From positions 832,001 through 896,000 of the forward strand of contig CAWFKH010000003.1 of NCBI GenBank assembly GCA_963816355.1: a DNA stretch of 64,000 bases. Direction: 5' to 3'. The translations under genes were made by a program, and so were the position numbers. Under the pieces are notes generated by a model that was not told the DNA's origin, did not search any database, and saw only the letters and a list, made by a program, of their open reading frames with translations. Positions 1 to 9,660 of the stretch are shown one piece after another (the stretch's first letter is position 1; each line of letters starts with the position of its first letter). The DNA comes from an uncultured Gemmatimonadales bacterium (lineage in GTDB: Bacteria; Gemmatimonadota; Gemmatimonadetes; Longimicrobiales; RSA9).

Positions 1-1589
1 GGCCATCGACCACACGGAAGTCCGCGCCGCGCAGCAGCGCGGCCTTCCCGCCGCGCCCGTCGGCCGCGTGATGCCAGTACCGGATGCGGCCCGGATCCGC
101 CAGGTTGCGGCTGGAGGCGAACTTGTCGGCGCCGCCTCCGCAGATCACCTGGCCGCCGGATCCGAGGAGCACGGGATTCAGGCAGTATCCTCCAACCGTG
201 ATCTCACGCGCGTCGCCGCCCAGCGGGTCGACCCAGCGGAGCAGACGCCCGTTGTCGTCGCTGAAGAAGATCCTCCCGTCATCCGTCCAGGTCCCGCCGA
301 ATGGAAGCGTGATGGAAGCGACGGGGGACACGGTCCCCCCGTCGATCCCCACCACCTTCAGCTGATAACCGCTGCCGGCGGGGACGCCCACCGCCACGCG
401 CCTGCCGTCGGGGGAGATCCACGGCGCGGTGAATGTCCCGACCGTGCCCGGAATGGGGTGACCCTCTCCCGTCCTGAGGCTCTGGTACCACAGCTCGGTC
501 GTAGCCCCCTTCTGCGCGGTATAGACCACGAACGACCCGTCCGGCGCTACAGAGAAAGCCCGATCTTCGGTGGTGACGTTGACCGCGCTCGTCGGCGGCG
601 TTCCGATGTCCCGAACTCCCGCCGGACGCCACATCAGCGCCCAGCCCGCGACGGCCAGAGATAGCACCGCGACGATCAGGGATGCCGCGGCGACGGCCCA
701 GGCCTTCCGGGAGCTGACCACGGGGCCCGTGGGGGCGGCGTCGGTCAGTCGGAAGGCGGGATCCACGAGCGCGTCGGCGAATGCCTTCGCGCTGTCGAAC
801 CGGTCGGCCGGCAGCTTCTCCAGCGCCTTCGCGACGGCGGCCGCCACGTTCGGCGGCACCGATTTCCTGCAGCTTCGTGACCGGCGCCGCCTCCTCCGTC
901 ACGATCTTCATGATGATCTGCTGCGCGGAGGAGCCCGTGTGCGGCGGGTCGCCCGTCAGCATCTCGTAGAGCACGCTCGCCAGCGAATAGACGTCGCTGC
1001 GCCCGGTGAGGTCCTTCTCCGCCGTCGCCTGCTCCGGACTCATGTAGTGCGGCGTGCCGAGGCTGAGCCCGGTCTCGGTCATGCGCCCACCGGCCGCCGC
1101 GCACACCGCCAGCGCGATGCCGAAGTCCGCCACCATGGGCCGGCCGTCGTGCAGCAGGATGTTCTCGGGCTTGATGTCGCGGTGGATGACGCCGTGCCGG
1201 TGCGCGTAGTCGAGCGCGTCGGCCACCTCCCGGGTGATCCGCACCGCCTCGTCCACGCCGAGCTGCGTTTCCCGGTTCAGCCGGCCGCGCAGCGTTTCGC
1301 CCTGGATGTACGGCATGACGTAGAAGAGGAAGCCGTCGGCGGTGCCGGAGTCGAAGAGCGGCAGGATGTGCGGGTGCTGGAGCTGGGCGGTGGTGGTGAT
1401 CTCCTGCACGAAGCGCTCGGCACCGAGGACGGCGGCCAGCTCGGGCTTCAGCACCTTGATGGCCACCTGGCGCAGGTGGCGGAGGTCCTCGGCCAGGTAG
1501 ACCGTGGCCATGCCGCCCGCGCCGAGCTCCCGCTCGATGCGGTAGCGGTCGGCGAGGGCGACGGCGAGACGGTCGGGAGCTCCCGTCAC
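1..1589 (-). CDS. Receptor-like Ser/Thr kinase K1 (kinase-TM-TolB-like propeller); +1 frameshift at ~869; 3' end runs off the window
   Basis: GTG at 1589 overlaps the K2 stop (GTGA). Motifs GAGGMATVY, VAIKVL, HRDIKPEN, DFGIA, GTPHYMSPE. Removing one base at ~869 restores KSVPPNVAAAVAKALEKLPADRF, a TM helix (AWAVAAASLIVAVLSLAVAGWAL) and APDGS/SPDGR repeats. Confidence 0.85.
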
Positions 1590-4270
1590 TTCCCGTTCTC
1601 CATCGCCCGCTCGACCTCGACGCGCCAGTTGAAGATCACGTTCAGGTCGGACGCGTCGTCGCCGGCGCTCGTAACCATCAGGAACCGCGTGCCATCCGGG
1701 GTCACGTCGTAGGCGCGATGGTAGGGATCCTGCACGAGGCCGGGGAGCGTGAACAGCAGCTTCGGCGTCCCATGCGTGAAGCGCGCGCCGAGGGTCACGG
1801 GCGTCGCGAACATCTCGCCGCGCTGGCCGCGGAAGAAGAGCTCGGTGCCGTCGCGGCTCCAGAGAGGTTCGATGCCACCTCCCACCGATATCGCGATTCG
1901 CGCCGAATCCACATGGGGGAACGGGCGGACGTAGACCTCCGCGACTCCGGAGGCCTCCGAGACGTACGCGAGCCAGCGTCCGTCGGGTGAGAGTCTCATC
2001 GCGTAGTGGTCGACGCGCGACGGGAGGAGCAGCCGCGGCACGGTGTCCCTGCCGGTCTCCGCGACGAGGAGATGGCGGCTGTCGATCCCGGCACCGAAGG
2101 TGCGGAAGAGCAGAAAGCGCCCGCGTGGGCCAAACTGGACTTCGTCCAGCTCGGGCAGATTCGGCATGACAGGACGCTCGTCGCCGCTGCCGTCGGCCCG
2201 ACGGATGAAGGCCCTGCGCACCCCGTTCACCGTGGCGAGGTATGCCACGCGTCGCCCGTCCGGCGACCAGTCCGGGCGATCCGCCCTTTCTGCATCCGAG
2301 GTGAGCCGGGTGAACGCGCCCGTCGGGAGTTGCTTCACCCACAGTTGCGTCGCCCCGGCCTCCTGCCGGGACACGACGAACTGGGTGCCGTCCGGGGACA
2401 GCGCCGGATCCTGGTACGCGCCGGTCAGGTTCGTGTCCACCGACGTGATTTCGCCGGACCGGTCCACCCAGACCGGTCCGCCGATGCCGCCGGCCTGGCG
2501 CTCGTAGACCAGGACGCCGGTGGACGACACCGAGAACTGCACCGAGCCGTTCGTGATATCGCTCTGAACGCCCTGCAGGACGGGGATCGGGGGGCTCGTG
2601 AGACGGGCCGCCGCGGCGTCGAAGCGCGCGGCGAGGATGCGGCCGTCGGGCAGCCCGATCGCCAGATATCCCGGCGCCACGTAGCGCGGGACGGTACCGG
2701 GAGTGAGCTCGGTGACGCCCCTCGTCGCCACATCGACCACGCCGATCCGTGACGCGCCGAGCGATCCCCGGTAGACCATGATCAGAACCTTCCGGCTTCC
2801 GGGGAGCACCTCCGGAAAGCCGTACTGGAAGGCGCCCGATCCCGAGTCCGGCCGCGCGATGGTCGTCACAGGCCCCCCCGTGGCGGCCACGGAGGCGAGG
2901 CCGGCGCCGTATACGAAGTAGATCCGACCGTCGTCCCCCCACGAACCACCGCCGTAGTACTGGAGAGAATCGCGAACGACCGTGCGAACCGCGCCGCCGT
3001 TGAAACGCACCACGCGGAGCTGGGCGCGCGCTCCGCTGCCGGTGAAGAACCCGATCGATTCTCCGTCCGCGGAGAAGAAGGGATCGCCGGCCCCCTCAGT
3101 GCCCGTCAACGGGTGCGCCGCGTCCTCGCCGAGCTCGCGGACCCATAGCTGGATGACCCCGGCCTTCTGGCCCACGAACGCGAGGCGCCGCCCCGATCGT
3201 GAGATCGCCAGCCGCAGCGTCAGGATCTGGGGGACGGTCACGCTGTCCGGCAGCCCCAGCGTGGCGTGCACGACGTCCGATGGACCGACGCTGCCGGGGT
3301 CGCCACCGCGTCGGCCGATCATCCATCCGGCCGTCAGCGCCACGACCACGGCGGTGGCGGCCACGGCGAGCACGACGCGCGGTCGGCGGGCGGGCATGGC
3401 GGCCAGCGACCCGGCGGCGCTCGCCGGCGTCGCGAACCCGGGATCGCTCAACGCATCGGCAAAGGCCTTGGCGGAGTCGAAGCGGTCGGCCGGCAGCTTC
3501 TCGAGCCCCTTCGCCACCGCCGCCGCGACGTTGGGCGGCACCGACTTCCGCAGCTTCGTGACCGGCGCCGCCTCCTCGGTCACGATCTTCATGATGATCT
3601 GCTGCGCCGAGGAGCCCGTATGGGGCGGCTCGCCGGTCAGCATCTCGTACAGCACGCTGGCCAGCGAGTAGACGTCCGAGCGCCCCGTGATGTCGGGTTC
3701 CGCCGTGGCCTGCTCGGGACTCATGTAGTGCGGCGTGCCCAGGCTGAGCCCGGTCTCGGTCATGCGGCCGCCCGCCGCCGCCGAGACCGCCAGCGCGATC
3801 CCGAAGTCCGCCACCATGGGACGGCCGCCGTGGAGGAGGATGTTCTCGGGCTTGATGTCTCGGTGGACGACCCCGTGCCCGTGGGCGTACTGCAGAGCGT
3901 CCGCCACTTCGGAGGTCAGATCCACCGCCTCCCGCACCGGGAGCTGCTTCTCCCGGTTCAGACGGTCGCGGAGCGATTCCCCCTCGACGAAGGGCATGAC
4001 GTAGTACAGGAAGCCGTCGGCGGTGCCCGAGTCGAACAGCGGCAGAATGTTCGGGTGCTGGAGCGAGGCGGTGGTCTTGATCTCGGCCAGGAAGCGGTCG
4101 GCGCCCAGGACGGCCGCCAGCTCGGGCTTGAGGACCTTGATGGCCACCTTGCGGTCGTGCTTGAGGTCCTCGGCCAGGTAGACTGTGGCCATCCCGCCCT
4201 CGCCCAGCTCCCGCTCGATCCGGTAGCGGTCCGCCAGCGCGGCGGTCAGGCGCTCCGAGGTGTCGCTCAC
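1586..4270 (-). CDS. Receptor-like Ser/Thr kinase K2 (kinase-TM-TolB/PD40 propeller), 894 aa
   Basis: GTG at 4270 overlaps the K3 stop. Intact Hanks motifs, TM VVLAVAATAVVVALTAGWMIG, repeated SPDG/WSPDG blades. Confidence 0.92.
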   Translation of the reverse strand: MSDTSERLTAALADRYRIERELGEGGMATVYLAEDLKHDRKVAIKVLKPELAAVLGADRFLAEIKTTASLQHPNILPLFDSGTADGFLYYVMPFVEGESLRDRLNREKQLPVREAVDLTSEVADALQYAHGHGVVHRDIKPENILLHGGRPMVADFGIALAVSAAAGGRMTETGLSLGTPHYMSPEQATAEPDITGRSDVYSLASVLYEMLTGEPPHTGSSAQQIIMKIVTEEAAPVTKLRKSVPPNVAAAVAKGLEKLPADRFDSAKAFADALSDPGFATPASAAGSLAAMPARRPRVVLAVAATAVVVALTAGWMIGRRGGDPGSVGPSDVVHATLGLPDSVTVPQILTLRLAISRSGRRLAFVGQKAGVIQLWVRELGEDAAHPLTGTEGAGDPFFSADGESIGFFTGSGARAQLRVVRFNGGAVRTVVRDSLQYYGGGSWGDDGRIYFVYGAGLASVAATGGPVTTIARPDSGSGAFQYGFPEVLPGSRKVLIMVYRGSLGASRIGVVDVATRGVTELTPGTVPRYVAPGYLAIGLPDGRILAARFDAAAARLTSPPIPVLQGVQSDITNGSVQFSVSSTGVLVYERQAGGIGGPVWVDRSGEITSVDTNLTGAYQDPALSPDGTQFVVSRQEAGATQLWVKQLPTGAFTRLTSDAERADRPDWSPDGRRVAYLATVNGVRRAFIRRADGSGDERPVMPNLPELDEVQFGPRGRFLLFRTFGAGIDSRHLLVAETGRDTVPRLLLPSRVDHYAMRLSPDGRWLAYVSEASGVAEVYVRPFPHVDSARIAISVGGGIEPLWSRDGTELFFRGQRGEMFATPVTLGARFTHGTPKLLFTLPGLVQDPYHRAYDVTPDGTRFLMVTSAGDDASDLNVIFNWRVEVERAMENGK

Positions 4271-6958
4271 TTCTTCACCTTCGCCAGCAGCTCGGGGAAC
4301 CAGTTCTCCACGTAGACGATGGCGCTGGAGGTGTCCGGCAGGTCGCGGATCATCACGAAGTGCTGACCGTCGGGCGCGACGTCGTACTCCTGCCGGTTGC
4401 GGGCCGAGCGGTAGCCCGCCACGGAGAACAACTCTCGCGGGGACCCGAACTGGAGTGTCGAGCCCGGGGTGACGGGGACGGCCATGAAGCGGTCGCCGCT
4501 CCGGTAGAAGAGCATGCGCCCGTCGCCCGCCCAGCGTGGCTCCGTGCCACCGCCGTGCGAGACGACCCGGGTGGGGGCCAGGGCCGGGAATGGCGCTACC
4601 TCGATACCGCTTCCCCCCTGGTAAAAGGCCAGCCACCTTCCGTCGCGGGACAGGGCGATCTCGTCGTCTCCCAACTCCGTGGCGTCGGGGAGACGCACGA
4701 GCGCGGTATCCCCTTCAAGGCGCCGGGCCCCGATCTGGGACACAGCGCTAGAGTCCCACCGGAACGCGAGCCAGCGTCCGTCCGGCGAAAGCTCTCCCTC
4801 CCAGATGCTGTAGCGATCGTCGTCCAGCAGCATCCTGGCCGCCGCGCTTGCGTCTACCGGCTGCTCATAGAGAGCGTAAGCGTTCGGCTGATCCGGGCCC
4901 CGGCGGTTCGACGCGAACACCACCGAACGGCCATCGCGGGTCCAGGCCGGCCTCCAGTTCACGGCTCCTTCTTGCGTAAGCTGCTGGCGTGTGCCGTCGG
5001 AGCGGCGGATCCAGAGCTGCGTCGTCGCGCCGACGACGCTCACCGCGAGGCTCTTCCCGTCGGGAGAAAGCGCCGGGTACTGGAAGTCGGCCCTCCATGT
5101 GGAATCCAGCGGCACGGCGCTCCCGTCCCGCGAGACCCACATCAGCTCCGAGGACGAGCCCGCGCCTGCAGAGGTCGTGTAGAGGACGGCGCCCGAGGTC
5201 GACAGAGTGAACGTGCCGGGCACCACGTCGGGGATTACCGGAACCGCGCCGCTCGTCGCCTCGAGGCGACCCACGTCAAACGCCATGGCGTAAAGACCGC
5301 CCGCGTGGTCCGTGTACAGGAGATGCCCGGTGGGGGAGTACCACGCGCCAGCCGCGTTCGGCACGAGCACCCTGTCACTGTCCGACCGTAGATCGAGGAC
5401 ATGGATCGAGGACTCGAAGGCACAGTTGCCCGGACAGCTGGTGTACACGATGCCCCGGCTCTTCGGCAGCGGCGACATCGTGATGACGGTTGCGTTCTTC
5501 AACGAGGCGTTCGCCAGGAGCAGGCGGGCGGGACCGCCCGACGCGCCGACCTCCGCGATGCCGGCGCTCCCCACGAAGACCAGGCTGTCGTCGTCCAGCC
5601 ATGCCGCGGCCGTCCCGCTACCGGAAGGGGCCTCGGGGACGTCCGCGAGGGTCACGGAGCCCCCACCCGCGACCGGGACCTTCTTCAGCTTGCCGTCGGT
5701 GCTGACGTATCCGATCCAGCTGCCGTCGGGGGAGAAGAACGGGGACAGCGCGCCGCCCGTCCCCGCCAGCGGGGTGGCCGACGGTTGGCCGCGCAGCTTG
5801 CGCATGAGATGGAAGGTCCCGCCGGTGGAATCGACGAAGACGATGCTCGATCCGTCCGGGGCGATGGCGGCCTGTGTTGCCTCGTACCGCTGGCCCGGGT
5901 CGAGGAGCCTGCCGAGGGAGTGCTGCCACAGGACGATCCGCTGCGCGCTGCTGGGGAGTGCCGGCTGCGGGCGCCGCCACCCGAGCGCGGCCAGCGCGAG
6001 CGCGGCGAGCGCCACCAGGGATACCCCGACGAAGAACGGATCGCGCAAACGCCCGCGCCAGCCAGCGGTCCGGGCCCCGGAGGCGCCTCCCGCGCCCATC
6101 CCCCCGCCCCCGGTCACCCGGAACGAGGGATCCGCCAGCGCGTCGAGCGAACGCCTTCGCGCTCTCGAACCGGTCTGCCGGCAGCTTCTCCAGCGCCTTC
6201 GCGACGGCCGCCGCCACGTTCGGCGGCACGGAGCTGCGCAGCTTCGTGACCGGCGCCGCCTCCTCCGTCACGATCTTCATGATGATCTGCTGGGCCGAGC
6301 TGCCGACGTGCGGCGGGTCGCCCGTCAGCATCTCGTAGAGCACGCTCGCGAGCGAATAGACGTCGCTGCGCCCCGTGATGTCTTTCTCCGCCGTGGCCTG
6401 CTCGGGACTCATGTAGTGCGGCGTGCCCAGGCTGAGCCCGGTCTCGGTCATCCGCCCACCGGCCGCCGCGGAGACCGCCAGCGCGATGCCGAAGTCGGCC
6501 ACCATCGGCCGCCCGTCGTGCAGCAGGATGTTCTCGGGCTTGATGTCGCGGTGGATCACGCCGTGCCGGTGCGCGTAGTCCAGCGCGTCGGCCACCTCCC
6601 GGGTGATCTTCACCGCCTCGTCCACGCCGAGCTGCGTCTCGCGGTTCAGCCGGTCCCGGAGCGACTCGCCCTCGACAAACGGCATGACGTAATAGAGGAA
6701 GCCGTCCGCCGTGCCCGAGTCGAACAGCGGCAGGATGTGGGGGTGCTGGAGCTGGGCGGTGGTGGTGATCTCCTGGACGAAGCGGTCGGCGCCCAGGACG
6801 GCCGCAAGCTCCGGCTTCAGGACCTTGATGGCCACCTGGCGTTGATGCTTGAGGTCCGCGGCCAGATACACGGTGGCCATGCCGCCCTGCCCCAGCTCCC
6901 GCTCGATCCGGTAGCGGTCCGAGAGGGCGGCGGCCAGGCGGTCCACGGGCACGCTCAC
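4267..6958 (-). CDS. Receptor-like Ser/Thr kinase K3; +1 frameshift at ~6145
   Basis: Kinase half lies in ORF 5618..7525 from GTG 6958; TM and propeller lie in ORF 4267..6117. Span 2692 nt = 3n+1; the junction reads TTC GCT C GAC GCG CTG (FA-DAL). Confidence 0.85.
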
Positions 6959-9660
6959 GAGCCCCCCGCCCCCTTCAACTTCGCCCGCAACTCCGGCAAC
7001 CAGTCGCGCACGAGGACGAGCCGGGCCGGCGGCGCGGCGCTCGCCGAGCCCTCCAAGGGACGGATCATGATGAACCGGCGGTCGTCGGGCGTGACCGCGT
7101 AGAAGTGGCTCTGGAAGTTCGCTGCGTACCCGCGCGCGTCGAACAGCCGGTGGTGGGCTCCGGCGGAGAAGGTGGAGCCGGTGGTGACGTCGACGGCGAT
7201 CATCTCCCCGGCGGCGTTGCGGTAGAAGAGCTGGCGCCCGTCGTGGGACCACTCGGACTCCGTACCGCCGTCGCTGGAGATCGGATAGAGCCCGTCCCGC
7301 GCGGCGGGGAACCGACACACATAGACCTCCATCCGCCCCGAGGACGACGACGTGTAGGCGAGCCAGCGGCCGTCGGGCGACAGCGCGGGACCGTACTCCT
7401 GGGCATCGGTGGCGACCAGGGGCACCGGCGTGGTGTCGTCGCTGGTGCGCACGGCCAGGATGTCTCCATTGCCCGCGTCTCCGTCGCTGGTGCGGTAGAC
7501 GATCCACTGCCCGTCGGGGGACCACAGCCCCTCCCAGACAGCACGCTTCTCCGCCATCGGGACGGGCGCGGGCCGCCCGCCGCCGTCCGCGCTGCGTTCC
7601 CAGAGGCGGGCCGTGCCGTCTCCCGGGGCCGAGGCGTAGAGCACGCTGCGGCCGTCAGGTGACCATGACGGTCGGATGTTGGTTCCCGCTCCCTGGGACG
7701 TGAGACGCGTCGCGGGACCGTTCGACTCCGGCAGAACCCAGAGGTCCGCCCGGCCGGTCGTGCTGTCCCGCACGCTGAGGCTGACCTTTGAGCCGTCGGG
7801 CGAGAGAGCCAGGCCGCCCGGCGCCACCACCGGCGCACTCCAGCCACCGTCGAGCGGGACCACCTCCGACCCGTCGCGGGACACCGCGACCACCTCGGAA
7901 GTCTGCTCGGTGGTCGTCCCGCCCCGGACGTACAGCATGGTGCCGTCCCGGCCGAGAGCGATGTTGCCGATGCCGGCCATGAGCGACACCGACGGACCGG
8001 CCAACTCGAGCCTCGTCCCGTCGAAGGCGGCGGCGTAGAGCCCTCCGTCGGTGCTGGCGTAGACGAGGTCCCCGCCGGGCACGATCCAGGCTCCCGTGGC
8101 GCCCCGGACGAGGGTGTGCACCGCACCGGTCCCGACGTCGACGACGACCTCGCTCGTGCCCCGCGTTCCTCCGCCCACCGCCGCCATGACCGCGTCGGAT
8201 CCGGGTACCGGCGTGATGTGCTTGAAGATGAGGGCTCCGCCGAGAGAGTCGGTCAGGAGCGTCGTCGCCCCACCGTCTGCGGAGGTGCGGAAGAGCCGAA
8301 AGCCCGAGCGACCGCCGAAGACGACGGTGCCGTCGTCCAGCCAAGCGGTGCCATAGCCCGCCGCGGAGTCCGACATCGCGATGGGGGCGCCCCCACCGCG
8401 TGCCACGCGGAGCAGCCTGAGGTCGGCGTAGACGACCCATCGCCCGTCCGGCGAGAACGATGGCGCCGCCTCGAAGCCACCGGCCTGGTGTGTCAGCTCG
8501 GCGAGCGGGCGCGGATCGAGCTCTCCGCGCTCCTTGATCCAGAGCTTCAGACCGCCCACCGTATCGGTGTACACGATGGCGGAGCCGTCCGGCGCGATGG
8601 CCGTGCCCCCGGCGATCATGCCGGGAAGCGTCGGGCTCAGGACGACGGTATCGCGCGAGGCGGGAGCCCGCGTCGGACCCGGACGGAGCCATCCCCAGAG
8701 GGTACCCACCAGCAGGACGGCCGCCGTGCCGGCCAGCGGGATCGCGGCGCGCTCCTTCCAGGGCGCCCTCGCGGCCCGCCGCCCGGCGCCGGCCGCTGCG
8801 CGCCGCCCCGCAGTTTGCGCGCTCGCCGTCGTGAAATGGGGATCCGCGAGCGCCTGAGCGAACGCCTTCGCGCTCTCGAATCGGTCCGCCGGCAGCTTCT
8901 CCAGCGCCTTCGCGACGCCCGCCGCCACGTTCGGCGGTACGGAGCGGCGCAGCTTCGTGACCGGCGCCGCCTCCTCCGTCACGATTTTCATGATGATCTG
9001 CTGGGCCGAGCTGCCCGTGTGCGGTGGGTCGCCCGTCAGCATCTCGTAGAGCACGCTCGCGAGCGAATAGACGTCGCTGCGCCCCGTGATGTCTTTCTCC
9101 GCCGTGGCCTGCTCGGGACTCATGTAGTGCGGCGTGCCCAGGCTGAGCCCGGTCTCGGTCATCCGCCCACCGGCCGCCGCGGAGACCGCCAGCGCGATGC
9201 CGAAGTCGGCCACCATCGGCCGGCCGTCGTGCAGCAGGATGTTCTCGGGCTTGATGTCGCGGTGGATCACCCCCTGCCGGTGCGCGTAGTCCAGCGCGTC
9301 GGCCACCTCCCGGGTGATCTTCACCGCCTCGTCCACGCCGAGCTGCGTTTCGCGGTTCAGCTGGTCCTGCGCAGCGACTCGCCCTCGACGTACGGCATGA
9401 CGTAGATAGAGGAAGCCGTTGGCGGTGCCCGAGTCGAAGAGCGGCAGGATGTGCGGGTGCTGGAGCTGGGCGGTGGTGGTGATCTCCTGCACGAAGCGCT
9501 CGGCGCCGAGCACGGCGGCCAGCTCGGGCTTCAGCACCTTGATGGCGACCTGGCGCTGATGGCGGAGGTCCGCGGCCAGGTAGACGGTGGCCATGCCGCC
9601 CGCGCCGAGCTCGCGCTCGATGCGGTAGCGATCGGCGAGGGCGGCGGTGAGGCGATCCAC
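6955..9660 (-). CDS. Receptor-like Ser/Thr kinase K4; compensating +1/+2 frameshifts at ~9406 and ~9369
   Basis: GTG at 9660 overlaps the K5 TAG. Hanks motifs present. LRHAVRRGRVAAQ replaces the paralog segment YVMPYVEGESLR, which is present in the shifted frame. TM AAIPLAGTAAVLLVGTLWGWL, then SPDG repeats. Confidence 0.88.
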   Translation of the reverse strand: MDRLTAALADRYRIERELGAGGMATVYLAADLRHQRQVAIKVLKPELAAVLGAERFVQEITTTAQLQHPHILPLFDSGTANGFLYLRHAVRRGRVAAQDQLNRETQLGVDEAVKITREVADALDYAHRQGVIHRDIKPENILLHDGRPMVADFGIALAVSAAAGGRMTETGLSLGTPHYMSPEQATAEKDITGRSDVYSLASVLYEMLTGDPPHTGSSAQQIIMKIVTEEAAPVTKLRRSVPPNVAAGVAKALEKLPADRFESAKAFAQALADPHFTTASAQTAGRRAAAGAGRRAARAPWKERAAIPLAGTAAVLLVGTLWGWLRPGPTRAPASRDTVVLSPTLPGMIAGGTAIAPDGSAIVYTDTVGGLKLWIKERGELDPRPLAELTHQAGGFEAAPSFSPDGRWVVYADLRLLRVARGGGAPIAMSDSAAGYGTAWLDDGTVVFGGRSGFRLFRTSADGGATTLLTDSLGGALIFKHITPVPGSDAVMAAVGGGTRGTSEVVVDVGTGAVHTLVRGATGAWIVPGGDLVYASTDGGLYAAAFDGTRLELAGPSVSLMAGIGNIALGRDGTMLYVRGGTTTEQTSEVVAVSRDGSEVVPLDGGWSAPVVAPGGLALSPDGSKVSLSVRDSTTGRADLWVLPESNGPATRLTSQGAGTNIRPSWSPDGRSVLYASAPGDGTARLWERSADGGGRPAPVPMAEKRAVWEGLWSPDGQWIVYRTSDGDAGNGDILAVRTSDDTTPVPLVATDAQEYGPALSPDGRWLAYTSSSSGRMEVYVCRFPAARDGLYPISSDGGTESEWSHDGRQLFYRNAAGEMIAVDVTTGSTFSAGAHHRLFDARGYAANFQSHFYAVTPDDRRFIMIRPLEGSASAAPPARLVLVRDWLPELRAKLKGAGGS

